Sequence record: PX880101.1
Reading direction: 5' to 3' (one strand)
DNA: 64,000 bases
Source of the DNA: a phage
The notes under the pieces are model-generated. The model saw only the letters and a program-made list of their open reading frames with translations, searched no databases and was not told where the DNA came from. The stretch's first letter is position 1. Each line of letters opens with the position of its first letter. Both the position numbers and the translations under genes were made by a program. Below, piece after piece: positions 19,160 through 28,411 of this stretch.

Positions 19160-19360
19160 ATGAGCAACAATATCCGCGTTATTAACTTCAAAAAAGAAGA
19201 AAAAATTGCCGTGCTGATTGACGGTCAAGAAATCTTCAAGGGCGACTATGAAGATCATCAAACGGCGATTAGTATCACTCGCGTGATTGGTTATCATAAT
19301 TTCTACCCCCAAGGCGCTGAGGCAGCAGTTAAACGAATCAAAGAGATTGTAGGCCTGTAA
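19160..19360 (+). CDS. hypothetical protein
   Basis: GAAAGGAGAAACAAA-ATG. Confidence 0.5.
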   Translation: MSNNIRVINFKKEEKIAVLIDGQEIFKGDYEDHQTAISITRVIGYHNFYPQGAEAAVKRIKEIVGL

Positions 19361-19363
19361 AAT

Positions 19364-19408
19364 TTATTTTTAGATGGCCTTGACTTCAGGGCCATCGATA
19401 AAGTAAAT
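19364..19408 (+). promoter_or_regulatory. Conserved 45-bp intergenic cassette, copy 3
   Basis: TTATTTTTAGATGGCCTTGACTTCAGGGCCATCGATAAAGTAAAT. Confidence 0.5.
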
Positions 19409-19444
19409 TTAAACCCTGTTAAAATACCACGCAGTTAACAAGGA

Positions 19445-19753
19445 GTGATAGACATGTTTATCCAGGCTAATAATCTTTATTTCTTTGATGGTCAGATCGT
19501 AGATGGTGTGGAAGTGGAGATCACCGGGTGCCCTGGCGGTCAGGCTATGACTTTTCGGAATAATGCCTTTGATGATTCTCATATCGTTATGAGAATGGAA
19601 GTTACGAAGCTGGACGACAAGAAAACACTTATTGACTATTCTGTGAAAGATCATCCAGACTACCGCATGATCCATGGTGATTTGTGCATTGTTGACCGTG
19701 ACAAGGTGGGCGGCATTGTGATCGCTATTGTGAACGATGTTTTCTCAAACTAA
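19445..19753 (+). CDS. hypothetical protein
   Basis: AACAAGGAGTGATAGAC-ATG. Confidence 0.55.
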   Translation: MIDMFIQANNLYFFDGQIVDGVEVEITGCPGGQAMTFRNNAFDDSHIVMRMEVTKLDDKKTLIDYSVKDHPDYRMIHGDLCIVDRDKVGGIVIAIVNDVFSN

Positions 19754-19846
19754 TTTCAGCAGGCGATTTTATGAAAGTCAAACTATATTACCTTAATGAG
19801 CTTAACCCCCTTGCCCAGGTCCGCGCCCTAGCTAATACCTTGATTT

Positions 19847-20110
19847 GTGAGAAATCTGTATATTGTGTTGAGCTTAACACGTCTCAAAGGTGGTTACTTT
19901 GACATCCATGCTGCAATCAACGGCCTGAATATGGAATTTATACGCTTACGTAACAGCCGCCGGAATCTGGCAAGAATGGAACAAGATCCGGCCCACCTTC
20001 GCAAGCTGGTTATTGAAAATCATCTGATGTTTAATGCCGAGGGGGATTATTACCATTTTCACCGCAAACGCTGGTACCGTGGCGGCAATACAGGCAAGAA
20101 TGCAAAATAA
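19847..20110 (+). CDS. hypothetical protein (start uncertain)
   Basis: ORF; no clear SD at the first ATG. Confidence 0.3.
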   Translation: MRNLYIVLSLTRLKGGYFDIHAAINGLNMEFIRLRNSRRNLARMEQDPAHLRKLVIENHLMFNAEGDYYHFHRKRWYRGGNTGKNAK

Positions 20111-20146
20111 GGCCCCTAGCAGGGCCTGCAGCAATATAATCACATA

Positions 20147-20180
20147 AAGGCCATGCGGTTGCATGGCCTTTATTATTTTG
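20147..20180 (+). terminator. Rho-independent terminator
   Basis: AAAGGCCATGC-GGTT-GCATGGCCTTT followed by ATTATTTT. Confidence 0.55.
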
Positions 20181-20312
20181 GCGTTACAACGGCATACGGG
20201 GCGCTTAAAAAATTTTTAAAGAAGTACTTGCATCATTCCCGACAATATGGATAATAAGAGTTGTCGAGGGGGAGGCCCCCAATCGTTGACCAGATAGATA
20301 GGAGTTAAAATC

Positions 20313-20597
20313 ATGGCTATTGTTACCGCTGGCGATGTAGTAGAAATGGAAGCAAAATACTTAAAAGCGGGTATGCACATCCTACGGAATGATCAAGAGT
20401 TATTATTAACGATGGTTGACTATAATCACGGCCAGGATTATCCAAGCATCGACTACTTTTTTGAGTATGTTGATGAAGAGTTGAAAGAGGATGAGGCCTA
20501 TTGCGGTGAGTTCTGCAACTTCTTTTGTCCTGATGAGGTTGTAAAGGTTATTTATCAACCTGGCGTAGCTTTCCCGCTGCACGCTATCAATAAATAA
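20313..20597 (+). CDS. hypothetical protein
   Basis: TAGGAGTTAAAATC-ATG. Confidence 0.5.
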   Translation: MAIVTAGDVVEMEAKYLKAGMHILRNDQELLLTMVDYNHGQDYPSIDYFFEYVDEELKEDEAYCGEFCNFFCPDEVVKVIYQPGVAFPLHAINK

Positions 20598-20652
20598 ACC
20601 TGGCGGGGCCGAAAAGGCCCCCAATTATGAAAATAAAGAGAGGCAAATCATC

Positions 20653-20886
20653 ATGATGGAACAAATTAAACGCGCCGAGGCTATTAATGGCAACGTGATC
20701 TATTTTGTCAGCAAAAACGAAAAAGGCGTACCATATGCGGCAGTAATAGTACAACCTGACGGCGATTATTGGTTTACTGTGTACGGCGCTTATTCTTTTG
20801 GGCGTCCAGTGCATGATAAAATTTTGAAAGTAGCGAACCCTACCGGGAAGAATATCACAGCAGAAAAATTTTTTGAAAATAGTTGA
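20653..20886 (+). CDS. hypothetical protein
   Basis: AAGAGAGGCAAATCATC-ATG. Confidence 0.5.
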   Translation: MMEQIKRAEAINGNVIYFVSKNEKGVPYAAVIVQPDGDYWFTVYGAYSFGRPVHDKILKVANPTGKNITAEKFFENS

Positions 20887-20961
20887 CATGACCATATAAG
20901 ACTGTAATATATAAATCAAAGGGGGCAACGAACCCCACCAACTACAAAGAGGATAAAAATC

Positions 20962-21141
20962 ATGGCTATTATTGCAAAGACTGAGATCGTAGGCTTAGAT
21001 TCTATTCTCCTCGCATATGAGGAAGCTATAGAAATGTATGTGGTTTCCTATGGTGAGTATATCCGTGAATATAAATCTATTGATCTGGCTTTTGAATGTT
21101 ATATCCGCCAGGTTAATAAAGCGTACGATGATTATCGTTAA
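20962..21141 (+). CDS. hypothetical protein (59 aa)
   Basis: Promoter TTGACA-N16-TAATAT, then AAAGAGGATAAAAATC-ATG; not in the supplied ORF track. Confidence 0.4.
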   Translation: MAIIAKTEIVGLDSILLAYEEAIEMYVVSYGEYIREYKSIDLAFECYIRQVNKAYDDYR

Positions 21142-21225
21142 AATAGTTTGACAACAGCCATCTTACAAAGCATAATACATAAGGCGGTGGAATGGTCCGC
21201 CACCTGGAACAAAGAAGAGGTAAAC

Positions 21226-21474
21226 ACCATGAAAAGCAATAAAGGTTATAACGGTTACAAAAACAAAACTCATTGGAATGTAAGCCTTTGGATTAATAAC
21301 GATGAGTCATTGTACCGGTTGGCCCAAGGCTTTATTAACGCCAATGCTAATCGTAATGATGCGGCGCGGGATATGATGCTTTTTCTGGAGCTAACCGGAC
21401 AAGATAAGACCCCGGACGGCTTCAAGTACAGCACTACGGCGATCCGTGCCGCGATGGTTGGAATGAAACACTAA
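21226..21474 (+). CDS. hypothetical protein
   Basis: Internal ATG after GAAGAGGTAAACACC; promoter-like TTGACA lies inside the listed 21148 start region. Confidence 0.45.
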   Translation, partial: TMKSNKGYNGYKNKTHWNVSLWINNDESLYRLAQGFINANANRNDAARDMMLFLELTGQDKTPDGFKYSTTAIRAAMVGMKH

Positions 21475-21665
21475 AAGCACATAGCTGCCTTACCCTGGGG
21501 CTGTGGTAGCGGCCCCATGAATAAGGTTACTAACAGAAGAGAATAAACACCGTGAAACAGAAATTAATCGATGCAGTGATCTTGGTTATTGCCCTGGGTA
21601 TTGGCCTGATTGCAACCATGTCTAATATGATCTTGTCTTCCAACGGTATCTGGTGAGGTTGGCAA

Positions 21666-21881
21666 ATGATCACTAACAAAACAGGCAAAACGGAATTTTT
21701 ACGCAACTTACAGATCGGCAAGCCTGAGATCTGGTACTGCACTAAAACACCGCGTGACGAAATGAAAGACTTCACCGCCACGCTGCAACGGGTAAAGATA
21801 TCTATCACGCAGAAAAAGGCCTTACTAGTGGTGGAAGGGGAGATCCCCCAAACCGTTGTTATAGTTGAGCGTACAGCATAG
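21666..21881 (+). CDS. hypothetical protein
   Basis: ORF with GAGGT upstream. Confidence 0.4.
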   Translation: MITNKTGKTEFLRNLQIGKPEIWYCTKTPRDEMKDFTATLQRVKISITQKKALLVVEGEIPQTVVIVERTA

Positions 21882-21972
21882 TTTAATTTATACAGATACC
21901 TGAAAATTAACCAACAAAGCATAAACAGGCGGTTACCGCCGCCTTAAACGTAGCAGAAAGAGGATAGACACA

Positions 21973-22257
21973 ATGAAAAAGATGATCGCAGTGGTTACCC
22001 TGGTTGTTGGACTTAATGCGCCTGTAATGGCTAAAGAGCTGGCAAAAGAGGTTAATCTAACGGATATTCATGCCGTCAATCAAATCGGGGTTACTTATCG
22101 CTTATGCCTTGCCGCTAAAACTTTTAAGGACGGCACAACAGAGTACTACGGATTCGAGGGTATCCGGTGCGGTGAGCTTGCTCGCGACCTTAAGGAAGAT
22201 CCAGACCTGGAGGAACTGCCCATAACCGTGAACGGGAAAACTTACGTGAACCGTTAA
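21973..22257 (+). CDS. hypothetical secreted protein (N-terminal signal peptide)
   Basis: MKKMIAVVTLVVGLNAPVMA signal-like N-terminus; GAAAGAGGATAGACACA-ATG. Confidence 0.5.
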   Translation: MKKMIAVVTLVVGLNAPVMAKELAKEVNLTDIHAVNQIGVTYRLCLAAKTFKDGTTEYYGFEGIRCGELARDLKEDPDLEELPITVNGKTYVNR

Positions 22258-22259
22258 CC

Positions 22260-22394
22260 ATGAGAAAGATAATTATTACCATGGGGATCGTGGCGGCAAT
22301 GTTGGCGATCTTTCCCTTTATGGTTAGGTATGTGCTGATTAATGTTGTCCTGGTAGTCAGCGATCTGGTGTTATATATTAACTCATTGTTTTAG
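22260..22394 (+). CDS. hypothetical small membrane peptide
   Basis: ATG overlaps the upstream stop; hydrophobic. Confidence 0.3.
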   Translation: MRKIIITMGIVAAMLAIFPFMVRYVLINVVLVVSDLVLYINSLF

Positions 22395-22402
22395 GCGCGA
22401 TA

Positions 22403-22594
22403 ATGACAGCGGAAGAAGTTAAAAAAGTACTGGCGGTACTGCGTTATCATAATCATTGCAAGGTGAAGAATGATCCTGATTATCTTGATTCATCCCTTGA
22501 AGAGGATACACTACAAGCCATAAGCAACATGCAAGAATTGCTTAAGCGTATGACAGAGAAAAACCGACCGGACTACATAGGGGGTAAAATATGA
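22403..22594 (+). CDS. hypothetical protein
   Basis: ORF in array. Confidence 0.45.
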   Translation: MTAEEVKKVLAVLRYHNHCKVKNDPDYLDSSLEEDTLQAISNMQELLKRMTEKNRPDYIGGKI

Positions 22595-22902
22595 TCGCTA
22601 TTACGCCAACCGTTTTAGATTGGTATCGGCAACGCATAGCGCCTCCGCTGGCTATCTTCAAAGATGCGGAAGCAAAACAACGCCGGATCTCAATACATGA
22701 GATCATCAACCTTAACGCTGGAGGCACACCATACCGCCCAGGACCTGGCCGTGAGATGGACAATACATTGGCGATCCTGAAGATACGCCGTAAACGGTCC
22801 TCCCTTACGCTGGATTCATTACACACAATGCAGTCTCCGTTCCAGGTGACTGGGAAACGGATCGCCAGGTCCTGGACAAAGGCCAATGACCGGACCGTAT
22901 AA
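22591..22902 (+). CDS. hypothetical protein
   Basis: ATGA coupling. Confidence 0.45.
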   Translation: MIAITPTVLDWYRQRIAPPLAIFKDAEAKQRRISIHEIINLNAGGTPYRPGPGREMDNTLAILKIRRKRSSLTLDSLHTMQSPFQVTGKRIARSWTKANDRTV

Positions 22903-23121
22903 ATAAAAAGTGTTTTGGTACTGATTTTGGGGTTGACTTGTTCGGCCCCTTTTGCTATTCTTATTAAACGGGCGGCACTTGGGAACAGGGGGAGACAATC
23001 ACCAGGCCTGCCTGTCATATAAGAACTATAAAAACCGTTGACATCTGCCAGGGGGGTGGGGTAACATTTATCTTGAAGGGGCAAAGGTGCCCACACAACA
23101 ACCAGAAGAGAGGAAAACACT

Positions 23122-23394
23122 ATGTCAAGCTGGATTAATCAAGAAGTCGAATCACGTTTTAATGCTATTTGGGATCTCATCGAAAAAGAAGACGGCACAT
23201 CAAGCCCCTACCTCAACAATTTGGAATTCCATTTTGTGGAAGCGATGAACGCAGAACATGATCACGAAGGTGGTGCGGACGAGTTCGCTAAAGGGTATGG
23301 CTTCAATAATGCCAACGAAATGATCGAGGCGGTTGTACTCCAGGCTGAGGAAGATTATCAATTAAAAACGCTTGAATTCTGCCGCCGTAAGTAA
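23122..23394 (+). CDS. hypothetical protein
   Basis: Promoter TTGACA-N18-TAACAT, hairpin GGGCA-AAGG-TGCCC, CACACAACAACC, AGAAGAGAGGAAAACACT-ATG. Confidence 0.5.
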   Translation: MSSWINQEVESRFNAIWDLIEKEDGTSSPYLNNLEFHFVEAMNAEHDHEGGADEFAKGYGFNNANEMIEAVVLQAEEDYQLKTLEFCRRK

Positions 23395-23454
23395 TAGGAT
23401 AATGACACGGGCCGGGAGGCCCACTAATCAGAACCACACAAAGAGGTAAACATC

Positions 23455-23718
23455 ATGAAACGTCTTGATCAGCTTAAACTAGTTCAGTACATGGCCTACA
23501 AAGTTCTTGAAGTCCAAAAAGGTAGCAAAAAAGAGGTTTGCGAGAAAGCATATAAGATCTTTACCCGTAAAAAAGATGATTGGATGTTACGCCAGACCAA
23601 AAAAGCCGATATCCTGGGATACCTGGAAGAAGAGATCCGACTTGAAGAACAAGAAGAGATCCGCCGTAGTGAGGCAGATTATCAGGCAGCTTGGGAAAAC
23701 TGGATGAGTAACAAATAA
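23455..23718 (+). CDS. hypothetical protein
   Basis: Hairpin GGGCC-GGGA-GGCCC, CACACAA, AAGAGGTAAACATC-ATG. Confidence 0.5.
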   Translation: MKRLDQLKLVQYMAYKVLEVQKGSKKEVCEKAYKIFTRKKDDWMLRQTKKADILGYLEEEIRLEEQEEIRRSEADYQAAWENWMSNK

Positions 23719-23785
23719 TACAACAAGTTACATGGTCAGGGGCAATAAAGCCCCTTGATCGCATAAAAAATTATGCTATCCTTGG

Positions 23786-23814
23786 TTGACAAGGATCGTC
23801 AGTTTTGCTATATT
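23786..23814 (+). promoter_or_regulatory. sigma70-like promoter TTGACA-N17-TATATT
   Basis: Consensus hexamers. Confidence 0.55.
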
Positions 23815-23862
23815 CTTTTTGAAGGGAAGTTGTAAGAAAATTAACTAAGAGGTAAAAACACC

Positions 23863-24282
23863 ATGAACATTAAATCTAATAATCCGGCATATAGCTTTGA
23901 TAACGCTTTTTGTCACGGTCCGGCGGCGAAAGGATTCGAAATCGATGGTAAACTAATTATTGTCAATGTTGACGGGGAAGAGGTTGCAGTATATCCGGTG
24001 GCAGACGTAAAAAGCCGTTTACAATGCCGCATTGATGTTACCGCCTATCAGCTTGATCCGGTCCGCATAGTTGCCCTGGTCCTGGAAGAAGAAATTAAAG
24101 CCATGCACCATAGCAACAGATTTATTGGTGACGCGCAGGATAATATGAAAGTATGCCGCCATAAAGTTAATGAAGTGCTTAAAGAGTACGGCTATAAAGA
24201 TCTTATGATCAAACGTGAGGAAAAATTCCGCTACCGTAACGACCTGGCAAATCGAATCTATGAAATATACGAATCATTATAA
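23863..24282 (+). CDS. hypothetical protein
   Basis: TAAGAGGTAAAAACACC-ATG. Confidence 0.55.
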   Translation: MNIKSNNPAYSFDNAFCHGPAAKGFEIDGKLIIVNVDGEEVAVYPVADVKSRLQCRIDVTAYQLDPVRIVALVLEEEIKAMHHSNRFIGDAQDNMKVCRHKVNEVLKEYGYKDLMIKREEKFRYRNDLANRIYEIYESL

Positions 24283-24300
24283 TTTCTTAACTAAACTATC

Positions 24301-24328
24301 AGGGGCTTTAAAAGGCCCCTTTCTTTTT
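24301..24328 (+). terminator. Rho-independent terminator closing the plus-strand early block
   Basis: AGGGGCTTT-A-AAAGGCCCCT followed by TTCTTTTTGT. Confidence 0.6.
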
Positions 24329-24929
24329 GTCTGTATTTCTCCTACCACAAACGGCCCAGCCTGGCAAGTGGAATAATTGACTAGCCATCAATCCCACACA
24401 CTGTACAAATATACATGGAAAATAACTATTGCATAATTTTTCATTGTGTGGTAGCAAGTCCATTTTTACCCGTTTTCTCTCTCAAAATTGCACGTAATGC
24501 CGCTATTGCACAAATTTTAACCTGATGCACATCTCCAATATCTTGTCAACAACTAAAAATCTTTATAAGTCATACACTTACACAGCATCGAAAGCGTGTT
24601 CTACGCGAAAAATCGAGTATAACTATAGCCGCCAGATCTCAGAATTCACGTACGCACGCCATTCTATAGCCTGCAAAGTATTTATTCCAACCACAGAATA
24701 ACGGAATAGTCAATACCTGCATAAAATAATTATTCGTGTAAACTGCATAACATAAATCAGCTCAGGTGTCAACATTTTTCGTAAACAGTCCGAAATTATC
24801 ACGATGAGTTATCATAAACAGAGAAATCTTTAGTCGTCTAATGTTTACTGTACATTACTATACTGACTGGAATCATTAGATGACTAAGAGAAAGATAAGA
24901 AATAATTAATAATGTAATTATTTTACCTG

Positions 24930-25240
24930 TAACAATAAGGCAACTATGCAAACGAATGGCATGGCGCGACGGAGTCGCGACATAATATAAAAGCAGTAAC
25001 CATCACCCCCGTGATAGTTTGTCTGCAATCTATTAATCAGATCATAGTTGCCTTGTATTCAGTTAATCATGACATAATAAGCAAGGCAACTATAGATCTG
25101 CTAATAGTTGCCCTGCTTTTATATTATGTCATAGAAACACCCGAAGGGGTGACCAAAGGTCACCTGGCATGGCCAGTGAAAGATTATTAACTTGTTAATT
25201 GTTAACTTGCTAATTGTTTTCATGCAAACGAATGTCATGG
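24930..25240. repeat. Cluster of inverted and direct repeats (GGCAACTAT in both orientations; 18-bp inverted arms GACATAATATAAAAGCAG; CATGCAAACGAATGNCATGGC direct repeat; palindrome CGCGAC-GGA-GTCGCG)
   Basis: Read directly from the sequence. Confidence 0.6.
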
Positions 25241-25249
25241 CTTATCCTA

Positions 25250-25330
25250 TCTGTGTAAACAGTTAAGGTGTAAACTATCCAGGCGTAAACAGTCTATGCG
25301 GGAACAATCTATACGTGAACAGTGAAACAT
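25250..25330. repeat. Iteron-like array: five or six copies of GT(A/G)AAC(A) at about 15-bp spacing
   Basis: tgtgTAAACAg, gtGTAAACt, gcGTAAACAg, gGGAACAat, cGTGAACAg, GTGAAACat. Confidence 0.55.
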
Positions 25331-26805
25331 GAAATAATAACAATCGTTATTGTGTCGAAAGTGTATAAGGTGTCATAGTATGTCAGACAAGTTTTTCTCC
25401 TCTTTGTCAAGTGCTGCATGAAAATTTACAAACTGGTATGGTAGCATTTTTGCGGCCCTGTTTACATTCAGTTGTGTATGTATAACCCTTGTTGTGTGGG
25501 CGTTTAGACGTCTGGACGGTTGGAAGTCTACAGGTCAATATCTAATCTATTGGCTGCTAACTATATCCCACACAAATAGTAAGAAATACAATTGTTATGT
25601 GAGTAAACGGTAACTCATGTTATCAATCCCTGTATGGATCGCCAGTGGTGCGCATAATGGGTATTATGTTAAATTGCCCGTAATGATAACTATTCTCACA
25701 ATGATAGGTATTCTCATTCACTCCCACAAGATAGGTTGCAAATGTTGTGCCACTGTGTGAACGGCCTCACCTATTAATTTGCCTCACTGCCTCGATATTT
25801 GAGAATTGTTATAAGAATGAGAAGTATTCCCATTTCGTCCGCCTGGCAGCACTCCAGTCGCTACCGCTCATGACAGGGCAGAACTGGGTCCATTCAGATA
25901 TTTCTGGCTGACTCTTCAGGTCTGTGTGGGAAAAGCCAACCTCTCCGGCGGGGCAGGGGTAGGTCAATTAAAAAATTTACGTGGTGTATGAAGAGCCCTT
26001 CAGGTAAGGCATGTATTATGGGATGAAACACCCTTCAGGCAATGATATTTGTGGGTGGGATATTTGCTGGAAAGCCAGATATGACGGGACTCCTGGCGGG
26101 GCAGGGGTAGTACAGACAGGGGAAATATGGTGGATGTAGTTGGGTGGATTGATCAGGCAGGTAGAGTATGGAATATGTTACAAGTATGTTAAATATGGAG
26201 GATGAATATCTGTAGGATTTGTGTGTAAAATCAAAGACTTAAGTGGTGTTGTGGTATTTTCTATAAATAATTCAAGTTTAATAGGTAATATTTGTCTCTA
26301 TCCGCTTTGTGTGGTAAACAAATTCAGATGGTGTTGGTTTACAAGTGTATACATAATATACAAATTAAAGATACAAGAAACCCCCCTCCCCCTTCGGCTA
26401 CCATTCACCTTTTCCTCTGACTGGTACTTAAACACTTATTCAGACTCTTCAGGTTATCACCCATATATCATATGGCAGTGACTGGTGTCCTCCGGCCCCT
26501 CTTTCGTCACCCGTCCGCTTCGCCATGCTAATGCCATAGCCAACGGTTCGGTTGTTCACCCTGTTCACTCAGGTGTATCTCCATACCCCTTCAAACCGAA
26601 GAGAACAGAAAACCCGAATTACTCGGTAAAAGAAAAGAGAAGAACTTAATTTTATCAGGATAGGCAAGAATGTCAAGGCATGACTGCTCACTAAACAAGC
26701 AAACAGTCATGTGTGGAAGGTAAGTGATTGTGGTGGTAGGAAATTTAGTTGAAAGATGTGTTATAGGTGCGCTTCCAGCACTTTAGCCGGGCAGCTAATT
26801 GTGTG

Positions 26806-27021
26806 TCAGTCCAGCGGTTCATCCTCTACTTCACTGAAATCAATGTTCATGGTCTCTTCCCAACCATCGATCTCAGCACAAGAGTGGAGTTCTTTAGGGT
26901 TTACTCCCAAAGCCTCAGCAACAGAGTCTATATTTAACACCTCTGGCAGGTATGATTCATCGAATTCAAGGTAAATCAGGCCACGAGTGTTGTCAGCTCC
27001 ACCAAATATTTCTATCTTCAT
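26806..27021 (-). CDS. hypothetical small acidic protein (N-terminus MKIEIFGG)
   Basis: Own promoter with extended -10 (TGTATAAT) and CAGAGGAGA SD upstream on the minus strand. Confidence 0.5.
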   Translation of the reverse strand: MKIEIFGGADNTRGLIYLEFDESYLPEVLNIDSVAEALGVNPKELHSCAEIDGWEETMNIDFSEVEDEPLD

Positions 27022-27142
27022 AAAATCTCCTCTGGAAATGAGAGTGTGAACAGGGTTTTATACGTTCTAATGCACAGGAATTATACACGTTTTCCTCTTC
27101 AGGCCATGCTTTAGCATGAGGAACCTGTGTGGGCTCGGTGCT

Positions 27143-27355
27143 TCATAGTCTACCACCCCTGAACTCTTCGTGCTCAGGCATAATAGAGAACCAGATATCT
27201 ACGATGTCTTCCCACGTTAGGTCATCAGCCTCAGGATCTACCTGGAGCGAAGATGGAGAATCTTCAGAATCGAAGTTTTCCTCTTTCACTGGCTCAGCCA
27301 AGGGACATATAGTCACTCCTTTGGATGTCTCTTCAGATGCATGTGTGTTTATCAT
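27143..27355 (-). CDS. hypothetical acidic protein
   Basis: ORF in the minus-strand array. Confidence 0.45.
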   Translation of the reverse strand: MINTHASEETSKGVTICPLAEPVKEENFDSEDSPSSLQVDPEADDLTWEDIVDIWFSIMPEHEEFRGGRL

Positions 27356-27715
27356 GTTCCACCCGTGAGTATTCCGGCAACAGCCGCTATGGACGTAATG
27401 ATCATCAGGATCACCACTAAAACTTCGGACAATGTTCTCATTGTGTACCTCATATTCTCCAAACTATGTGTGGATACTATCACGAGAGTGGCAATGTGTC
27501 AACAGAAACGCCGCGAGGGTTTGGTTAAAATCCGAGCGTATGGTGATTTGGGTCAAAACGGACGTGCGTTCTCGCTACGCTCGAAATATGGAGTTGTTTG
27601 TAGGAAGCTCTTAAACGCTCTGTAATGAGATTATCTGTCCAAGGTATGCAATCGTGCACCAGATAAAGAAAAGGACGCCACAGAGCGTCCTAGGTGTCTT
27701 AAATTTGATATTTTG

Positions 27716-28015
27716 CTATACCCATGAGGGCTTATCAAGGTTGGAGTAGCTGAAAGGTGTCAAAAGGTGACTGTCAAAATCCCTCAAACTATCCAAATCT
27801 TTTTCCTCGTCCTGACACCATCTGTGCCTACATTTATTGTTGTAGTGCATGGAATGCATGGCGTTCTGCAACTTAACAGGCACAAGTGATTCAGGAGTAG
27901 ATAGTATTGTTGGGTATGCCAGAACCACCTCAAACAGTGGAAACACATCGAAACTAAAGTCTACCTCTGCAGAGGTTGATGGCATATAGGAGTATTTAGC
28001 CGCCTTTGTAGACAT
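27716..28015 (-). CDS. hypothetical protein
   Basis: ATG after GAGGTGG overlapping the upstream stop. Confidence 0.45.
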   Translation of the reverse strand: MSTKAAKYSYMPSTSAEVDFSFDVFPLFEVVLAYPTILSTPESLVPVKLQNAMHSMHYNNKCRHRWCQDEEKDLDSLRDFDSHLLTPFSYSNLDKPSWV

Positions 28016-28023
28016 AATCCACC

Positions 28024-28356
28024 TCACACAGGTTTGATAATACCTTTACCGAATAACTCTTCGTATCTAATCTTGTCCGGATCCCACTCCTGGATAATTT
28101 CGAAGACAATATCCAACCCAGGAACAATCACTTCTCCAGTGTCAAGCTTAGCAAGAACAAAACCGGAAGGTTGAATGGTTTCCCAGTTACGGCGATCAGA
28201 ATAAAATACTTCGAAAATATCACCAACCTCAATCCGTTTCTGTTGCTCAAGATGCTCAAGGTTCTCTTTCATACGGATGCAACGGATTTTTCGTACAGGC
28301 CATAGACCACCTGCATCACGTTCATTCAATTCTTTTACAGTGATCGGCATACCCAT
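28024..28356 (-). CDS. hypothetical protein
   Basis: ORF downstream of the terminator at 28378-28410. Confidence 0.5.
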   Translation of the reverse strand: MGMPITVKELNERDAGGLWPVRKIRCIRMKENLEHLEQQKRIEVGDIFEVFYSDRRNWETIQPSGFVLAKLDTGEVIVPGLDIVFEIIQEWDPDKIRYEELFGKGIIKPV

Positions 28357-28377
28357 CTCAAATCTCCTTCATAGATA

Positions 28378-28410
28378 GTAAAAAGAGGGGCCTAAGCCCC
28401 CCTCTTTGTC
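28378..28410 (-). terminator. Rho-independent terminator (minus strand)
   Basis: Minus-strand AGAGGGGGGC-TTAG-GCCCCTCT followed by TTTTTAC. Confidence 0.55.
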
Positions 28411-28411
28411 A

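Larger units (their letters stand above)
24329..26805. other. 2.5-kb ORF-free region between converging gene blocks; A/T-rich with direct and inverted repeats
   Basis: No ORF with a credible start or SD; repeats described in the findings. Confidence 0.6.

Noticed and set aside
22542-23120. 192-aa minus-strand ORF
   Set aside because: Antisense to plus-strand genes and runs through an intergenic repeat; shares a peptide with ORF 13188-13475 only because both translate the same nucleotide repeat
25250-25330. Possible CRISPR array
   Set aside because: Repeats are only 7-9 bp at about 15-bp spacing, with no 25-40 bp repeat and spacer structure
26221-26974. ORFs 26221-26481 and 26756-26974 in the non-coding region
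   Set aside because: No SD, low-complexity translations; the second is antisense to gene 26806-27021
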